DNA from: an uncultured bacterium
GTDB taxonomy: Bacteria; Edwardsbacteria; CAYGWX01
DNA length: 64,000 nt
NCBI GenBank assembly: GCA_964353855.1
Contig: CAYGWX010000003.1
Location: 32,983-96,982 of the forward strand
Reading direction: 5' to 3'
How positions within the stretch are numbered: the stretch's first letter is position 1; each line of letters starts with the position of its first letter. The translations under genes and the position numbers were made by a program. Shown here piece by piece: positions 57,793 to 64,000 of this stretch. The notes under the pieces were generated by a model. It was not told the DNA's origin. It made no database searches and was given only the letters and a program-made list of their open reading frames with translations.

Positions 57793-58700
57793 ACCGGTTT
57801 CTCCTCCTTTATACTAAGCGCTGGATGGACTATTCGGGTAATCACCAGGGGCATGATTACCGCTTCGGGTGCCGCCCCGGACTTAAGGGTGACATCCGCT
57901 TGATACAGAGCTTCCAGGTTCTCCTCGGCACTCGGCCGGTTCCCCACCTCGTAAAAAAGGGATGAAAGAATGTTTTCCGGCCTTTCCCCCCATAACCGCT
58001 GCTCCTCCAAGGCTTGCAGGGCTTCTTTGAAACGGCCGTTCCCTACGGCTTTGGCGATCTTCTGAGCGGGCTCCCAGACCGAAGGCCCGAGGACCTCTTC
58101 GATTTCCCGACAAGATACCTGCCCGCCCTCGGGACGGAGAAGGTAGAGCTTCTCTATTTCAGAAGACAGCCTGCCAAGTTGGCCTGCTAGGGCCATGGTG
58201 AGTCCCGAGAGAGCATTATCCTCGATCTCCACACCGAAGGACTTCGCCCGGTTCCTTGCCCAGTCCAAAAGGCCTCTTCCTTCCAGTGAAGAATATTTCA
58301 CCACAGCAGCACGCAGGGCGAGGATCTTGATAATGTCTTCCTGGGAATCAAACCCGGACGAAAACACTAGAATCAGGGCGACCTCGGGGAGAGGACCCTC
58401 CGTATAGCGTTTCAGAAAAGCCCGTTCCGAGGATCCGCAACGCTCAGCCTCGGTCAAAACCAAGAGGGTTCTTCCGCCTAGAATGGATGGAGTAGCGGCC
58501 CGGCCTACGACCTCTGATGGAGAAACCTCTCCGGCCGAAAAGATCTCCACCTCGAAACCTTGTTTGGGAGCCTCAATCCTGAGGAAGGTGAGGGCCTCGA
58601 ATTTCAGGAAGTCCTCCTCCCCTATCCAGAGAGAGACGGGGGGAAGCTTCCCATTCGAAAATAGTTCTCTGAAGGCAGGCTCAGAAAGCAGCTTGGTCAT
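57780..58700 (-). CDS. holA: DNA polymerase III delta subunit
   Basis: 306 aa, delta-like AAA+ clamp-loader fold inferred from size, position and motifs. Weaker than the other calls. Confidence 0.55.
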   Translation of the reverse strand: MTKLLSEPAFRELFSNGKLPPVSLWIGEEDFLKFEALTFLRIEAPKQGFEVEIFSAGEVSPSEVVGRAATPSILGGRTLLVLTEAERCGSSERAFLKRYTEGPLPEVALILVFSSGFDSQEDIIKILALRAAVVKYSSLEGRGLLDWARNRAKSFGVEIEDNALSGLTMALAGQLGRLSSEIEKLYLLRPEGGQVSCREIEEVLGPSVWEPAQKIAKAVGNGRFKEALQALEEQRLWGERPENILSSLFYEVGNRPSAEENLEALYQADVTLKSGAAPEAVIMPLVITRIVHPALSIKEEKPVWLK

Positions 58701-58706
58701 TCGCTT

Positions 58707-59997
58707 TCAACTCCCATCCAAGCGGCTGTCCCGTAACGCGAAAGAACCATCCACGAGGGTATGCACGGCTTTCCCCTTGAGTCGCCTTCCGGTAAAGGGC
58801 GTGTTCCGGGATTTGGAAGCGAACTGGTCCGGGTTTACAAGCCATGTTTTATTCAGGTCAATGCAGACGAGGTCGGCAGGCCCGCCCTCCATCAACCGAC
58901 CAAAGGGAAGCTTCAGGATTCGGCAGGGATTCAGGCTCATGGCCCGAAGGGCTGGGATGAGCCCAAGGTGGCCGGGGTGCACGAGTTCGGTCAGGACCAG
59001 CCCCAGAGCAGTTTCCAGGCCGACCATCCCGAAGGGCGCTAGGTCGAACTCCGCTTCCTTCTCCACCACGGAGTGCGGGGCATGGTCCGTGGCTATGACG
59101 TCTATGGTTTCATCGGCAAGGCCGACGCGAAGGGCCTCCAAGTCGCCCTGTGCCCTGAGCGGGGGGTTCACCTTGGCATTCGTGTCAAAGCTGAGAAGGG
59201 CTTCTTCCGTGAGCGTGAGGTGTTGGGGCGTGACCTCCCCGGTCACAGGAAGCCCTTGACGTTTGGCATCCCTGAGGAGCGAAACGGACTCCCTGGCAGA
59301 CAGATGAGGGAGGTGAAGCCGTCCTCCCGTCAGAGCCGCGAGGTGCAGGTCCCGGCTTACCAAGACTACCTCCGAGGCGTTCGGAATCCCCCGAAGGCCC
59401 AGGCGGGTTGAGACGAACCCCTCGTTCATGACGCCGTCCGCGAAAAGCGTCGACTCCTCGCAGTGGTCAACCACCGGAAGACCGAAAAGCCTGGTGTACT
59501 CCAGCGCTCGGCGCATGAGCTCGGCATTGGCCACCGGACTTCCGTCGTCTGACAGAGCCACGGCACCGGCGCGAAAGAGGTCGCCAACCTCGGTCAGCTC
59601 TTGACCCTCCCGGCCCTTGGAAACGGCTCCTATGGGAAAGACCCGGGCATAGGGAGTCCCTCGATCGTAAATCAAGCGGATCTTGGACTGGTCATCCAGT
59701 GGGGGCTCGGTATTGGGCATGCAGCAGACCGCGGTAAACCCTCCCCGGGCCGCGGCCCGGGATCCACTCTCGATCGTCTCTTCATCCTCTCTGCCTGGCT
59801 CCCGGAGATGGGTGTGCATATCCACCAGACCGGGAGCGATGAGCAGCCCTTTAGCCTTCACAATCTGGGAGGATTTGACGAGGGTCTTCCGAATGTTTCC
59901 GACCTTGATGATGCGGTTTCCCTGGATCAGGAGATCGGCCTCCCCATCCCTCCCGCTTTCCGGATCGATTACCCGGCCGCCGGTCACCAGAAAACGC

Positions 59998-60005
<8 letters not shown>
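58707..60005 (-). CDS. pyrC: dihydroorotase
   Basis: Amidohydrolase motifs ([23 protein letters not shown]). Probable start MAERF, which overlaps the pyrB stop. Confidence 0.8.
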
Positions 60006-61493
<1,488 letters not shown>

Positions 61494-62087
61494 CTACTTG
61501 ACCTTTTCAGTAATCTGATCGACCAATCGGGCAACCTGTTTGTGGAGCTCGCGATCTTCGAACCAGGTGATGATTTGGAAAAAGATGGGCTCCCCTTTCC
61601 GCGAAACCGCGACCTCGCCTTGAGAAAATTTCGCCAGGGTGGTGACCTTGGCAGAGAGAACCAGCGCCGAATCCCCGGCCGCGCCTGAAGGTGCGGTCTC
61701 TTGAAGGACATAAGCCTGGGAGTGTTTCAGGGCGTCAACAACGAGCCCGCGAACTTTCTCGCCCATATGATTTTTTTCAGCCGAGGAGTTCCCGTCCAGA
61801 AATTTAGCCACCACCAAGGTGGGAGCTTCGCCCGGGGGCTTCCGGACAGACACCTCGTTTCCTGCTCCCGGAACCTGGTGAAACCTCCACCAGAGAAGTC
61901 CCCCAACAATGACTACCCCCACAACCCCTGCGGCGATGATCCCTTTCATGTTACTTTTTTTTGCTGGCTCGGTTTGCCCTCCTCCTGGAGAAGAGGCGGT
62001 CCAGCCTCGCCCTGAACCCAGGAGGATGCTCAAAAGAAACAGAAAACAAACCATCCGACGCATCGTCAATCCCATCCCTTTTGGCAT
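61494..62087 (-). CDS. hypothetical secreted/membrane protein, first gene of the pyrR operon
   Basis: 197 aa: signal peptide, Gly-rich hydrophobic segment, no family recognised. Abuts pyrR with a 0-nt gap. Candidate TTGACC-18-TAAACT promoter upstream at ~62095..62125 (minus strand). Confidence 0.4.
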   Translation of the reverse strand: MPKGMGLTMRRMVCFLFLLSILLGSGRGWTASSPGGGQTEPAKKSNMKGIIAAGVVGVVIVGGLLWWRFHQVPGAGNEVSVRKPPGEAPTLVVAKFLDGNSSAEKNHMGEKVRGLVVDALKHSQAYVLQETAPSGAAGDSALVLSAKVTTLAKFSQGEVAVSRKGEPIFFQIITWFEDRELHKQVARLVDQITEKVK

Positions 62088-62135
62088 AAGTTTACCATCT
62101 CAGGCAAGGTTTGGTCAAGCCCCTTGTCATTTTTT

Positions 62136-64000
62136 TTACAGTAAGGAGAGCCCTCGGGGAAACCTAAGAAACACCACCGCCGGGGTCTCCATGAGGATTT
62201 CGATGTCCCAAAGCGGAGTCCAGTTCTCAATGTAGTATAAATCCAGGAGCATTTTCTCCTCGGTGGAGAACGCCCAGAGACTTCGAACCTGGGCCAGTCC
62301 GGTCAAACCCGGGGCCACCTTAAATCGCCTCCTCTCCCACTCCCTGAGTTGGGAGGTCTCTTCCGGCCTCATAGCCCTGGGGCCGACCAGGCTCATCCGT
62401 CCAGTCAAGACATCCCAGAGCCCGGGAAGGGAAGCGGAAAGGAAGGGTTCGCGCCATTCAGGAGGGGCATAAAATCTGTGGACTTCCGTATTCCGTTCCC
62501 CTTTCCCAACGATGGGTATTTTGCACACTGGTTTATTAACCCTTTTAAGCCTGAGGAGAAGGTATGTTCCCGCCATCCAAGGCGAAAGGAAAACAAAGAG
62601 AAAAAGCCCGATAAGGAGATCGAAAATCCTCTTCCAGACCTGGGCCAGGGGCCGAGAGAGCGGGCTGCGCTTGCCGACCAGCGAAACACCAAGAACATCG
62701 AAGAGGCGGGTTTGGGTTGCCAGAAAGTCCGAGCGGGGATGCACCAGCCTGAGGTCCATGTCATGTTCAAGAGCGAAAGCCATTAGGTTCCCAAGGCGAG
62801 GAATGGACTTCGGGTTCAAGCCGGGAATCAGGATCTGCTCGATGCCCTCACCCTGGACAAGAGATTTTAGGGCCTGCGGAACAGCCGGGAAAACCGGGAG
62901 ACCGCCATAGATTTCTCCATTTTGATCACGTTCGCTTAGAAACCCCACGACCTCGCACCCAAGTTCCGGCGTTTCCAGGAAGCGTTCGTAAAGTTCCTGC
63001 CCAGCCTTGTCTTCGCCAAAGATCCAGGTTCGTTTTCTCCCGTAACCCCTCTCCAGAGCCCGGAGGTTAAACTTGTACAGCCAGAACCTCTCCAGTATCA
63101 TAGCGGGAAGCAAGATGGCCCAAAAGAGCAGAAGGAACAGACGGGAGTAGATAAGCCCCCGGATCAGGAACAAAAGCGATAAAATGAAAAAACCAGAGAG
63201 CAGGACGCCTCGAAGGGTTAGACGGATCTGGTGGTAGATAGGAAGCCGGGACGCAGTTCGATAGAACCCGGATAGAAACAGACTCAGGACGAGTGCCGCG
63301 AGGGTCATCCAATATAGTCTGAAGTAGGTCAGGTAGTGTGGGAAGATTTCGGGCTTGAGGAGGAGCCGGCCCAAATAGCCCATCCAGAAGAGCCCGCTGG
63401 ACAGAATGATGTCCGCTCCCAGGGACAGCAATCCGAAGAGGGTCGACCAGGAGCGGCTGGCCAGGGTTGGATGCGTAAGCCTTTTTCCCCGGTTAACGGA
63501 GAGGGCCTTGGATCTCCGTCCAATCAGGCCTCCGTATTTTGAGATGAACTTCACGAGGCTTCCGATGTGCGACTCCCGCGCCTGGCGAAACCCTTTCTTT
63601 GCGCTGTGGCGGTAGTGATGGTGGATGGCTTCGGCTTCGGGATCGTAAATGACTTTCCACCCCGCCTTCCGCATTCGGAAGCACCAGTCCACGTCCTCGA
63701 AGTAAAGAAAGAAACGTTCGTCCATCATCCCCACGCTCTCCATCGCCTCCCGCCGGACCAGAAGGAAGGCCCCCAGAAGCCAGTCCACCTCCCGTATCGC
63801 GGCATGATCCCAGGAGGTCATGAGGTGCCGTTGGACAAGGCTGCGGCCAGGCGGAATCCGCCCAAGAATAGAGCGCCGGAGAAGAAGGGTGGGAAGAGTG
63901 TAAAATTCCCGGCAGGAATACTGCAAGCTGCGGTCCGGATTAAGAAGCTTCGGTCCGACGATCCCGGTTTCGGGATTGTCGTCCATGAAACGGACCAACC
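62136..64000 (-). CDS. fusion protein: GT2 glycosyltransferase (C-terminal part visible) + multi-TM linker + bacterial sugar transferase (PF02397-type phosphoglycosyl transferase). 5' end lies beyond the window
   Basis: GT2 C-terminal motifs (FFLYFEDVDWCFR). The C-terminal 200 aa match the WbaP/CpsE-type PGT signature (IFDLLIGLFL...VGPRA...APGLTGLAQV...DLYYIENWT). Confidence 0.65.
   Translation of the reverse strand, partial: LVRFMDDNPETGIVGPKLLNPDRSLQYSCREFYTLPTLLLRRSILGRIPPGRSLVQRHLMTSWDHAAIREVDWLLGAFLLVRREAMESVGMMDERFFLYFEDVDWCFRMRKAGWKVIYDPEAEAIHHHYRHSAKKGFRQARESHIGSLVKFISKYGGLIGRRSKALSVNRGKRLTHPTLASRSWSTLFGLLSLGADIILSSGLFWMGYLGRLLLKPEIFPHYLTYFRLYWMTLAALVLSLFLSGFYRTASRLPIYHQIRLTLRGVLLSGFFILSLLFLIRGLIYSRLFLLLFWAILLPAMILERFWLYKFNLRALERGYGRKRTWIFGEDKAGQELYERFLETPELGCEVVGFLSERDQNGEIYGGLPVFPAVPQALKSLVQGEGIEQILIPGLNPKSIPRLGNLMAFALEHDMDLRLVHPRSDFLATQTRLFDVLGVSLVGKRSPLSRPLAQVWKRIFDLLIGLFLFVFLSPWMAGTYLLLRLKRVNKPVCKIPIVGKGERNTEVHRFYAPPEWREPFLSASLPGLWDVLTGRMSLVGPRAMRPEETSQLREWERRRFKVAPGLTGLAQVRSLWAFSTEEKMLLDLYYIENWTPLWDIEILMETPAVVFLRFPRGLSLL

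Overview
This 64 kb window is high-GC (~60%) bacterial chromosome that is mostly core metabolism and translation genes on the + strand. Coordinates of features I placed by hand are approximate (+/-2 nt).

Two proteins (29680..32124 and 41414..43462) end in a T9SS/FlgD-Ig-like C-terminal sorting domain, suggesting an FCB-group-like uncultured lineage (inference).

In order, the window holds:
- 389..9644: a 10-gene operon of aldehyde dehydrogenase, a COG2403/cyclic-2,3-diphosphoglycerate-synthetase-like protein, carbamate kinase, succinyl-CoA synthetase sucCD, 2-oxoglutarate:ferredoxin oxidoreductase korDABC and ndk.
- 9743..12011: the NfnAB-like electron-bifurcating pair.
- 12189..19220: the classical yceD-rpmF-plsX-fabH-fabD-fabG-acpP-fabF-rnc cluster. 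It is interrupted by a 325-bp AT-rich gap carrying repeated boxes.
- 19524..29174: etfBA, a GT2, rplM-rpsI, rpsB (with a long K/P/E-rich tail), tsf, pyrH, frr, uppS, cdsA and an orphan ABC substrate-binding lipoprotein.
- 29175..32350: an accessory-looking island. It encodes an 814-aa double-propeller BNR/Ycf48-like repeat protein with a T9SS-type C-terminal sorting domain, flanked by three copies of a ~70-nt repeat with AGGTTAG heptamer sub-repeats and by very stable GC hairpins.
- 32452..40567: a partial nuo cluster (nuoA-nuoE-nuoH-lipoprotein-nuoJKLMN). It lacks nuoB/C/D/I/F/G, and an unknown lipoprotein sits in the position NuoI normally occupies. I consider this the most interesting candidate for an undescribed module.
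- 40564..43462: a TPR lipoprotein translationally coupled to nuoN, then an M14 carboxypeptidase that also ends in a T9SS-type sorting domain.
- 43523..46422: tRNA-Leu(CAA, minus strand), tRNA-Ala(GGC), rpsO and pnp.
- 46836..52203: asd, then a Yip1 / SAM-methyltransferase / GT2 / DUF2304 / orphan sensor-kinase cluster.
- 52204..52826: a 620-bp ORF-free region with terminal-inverted-repeat-like sequences, followed by tRNA-Arg(CCT).
- 52971..57007: a YfgM-like TPR protein, a GH57 glycoside hydrolase, and a three-gene small-membrane-protein cassette (DUF4870 x2 plus a PLDc_N-like protein) with its own promoter and terminator.
- 57109..64000, minus strand: a Zn-ribbon coiled-coil protein, holA, pyrC, pyrB, pyrR, a secreted hypothetical, and a GT2-phosphoglycosyltransferase fusion truncated at the window edge.

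I found no CRISPR arrays, transposases, integrases, or recognisable defence, toxin-antitoxin or restriction-modification genes.

Three unrelated 11-bp-period tandem repeat arrays lie in intergenic regions. A ~45-nt GCGTGAA-type repeat is shared, in inverted orientation, between the fabH-fabD gap and the region upstream of tRNA-Arg.
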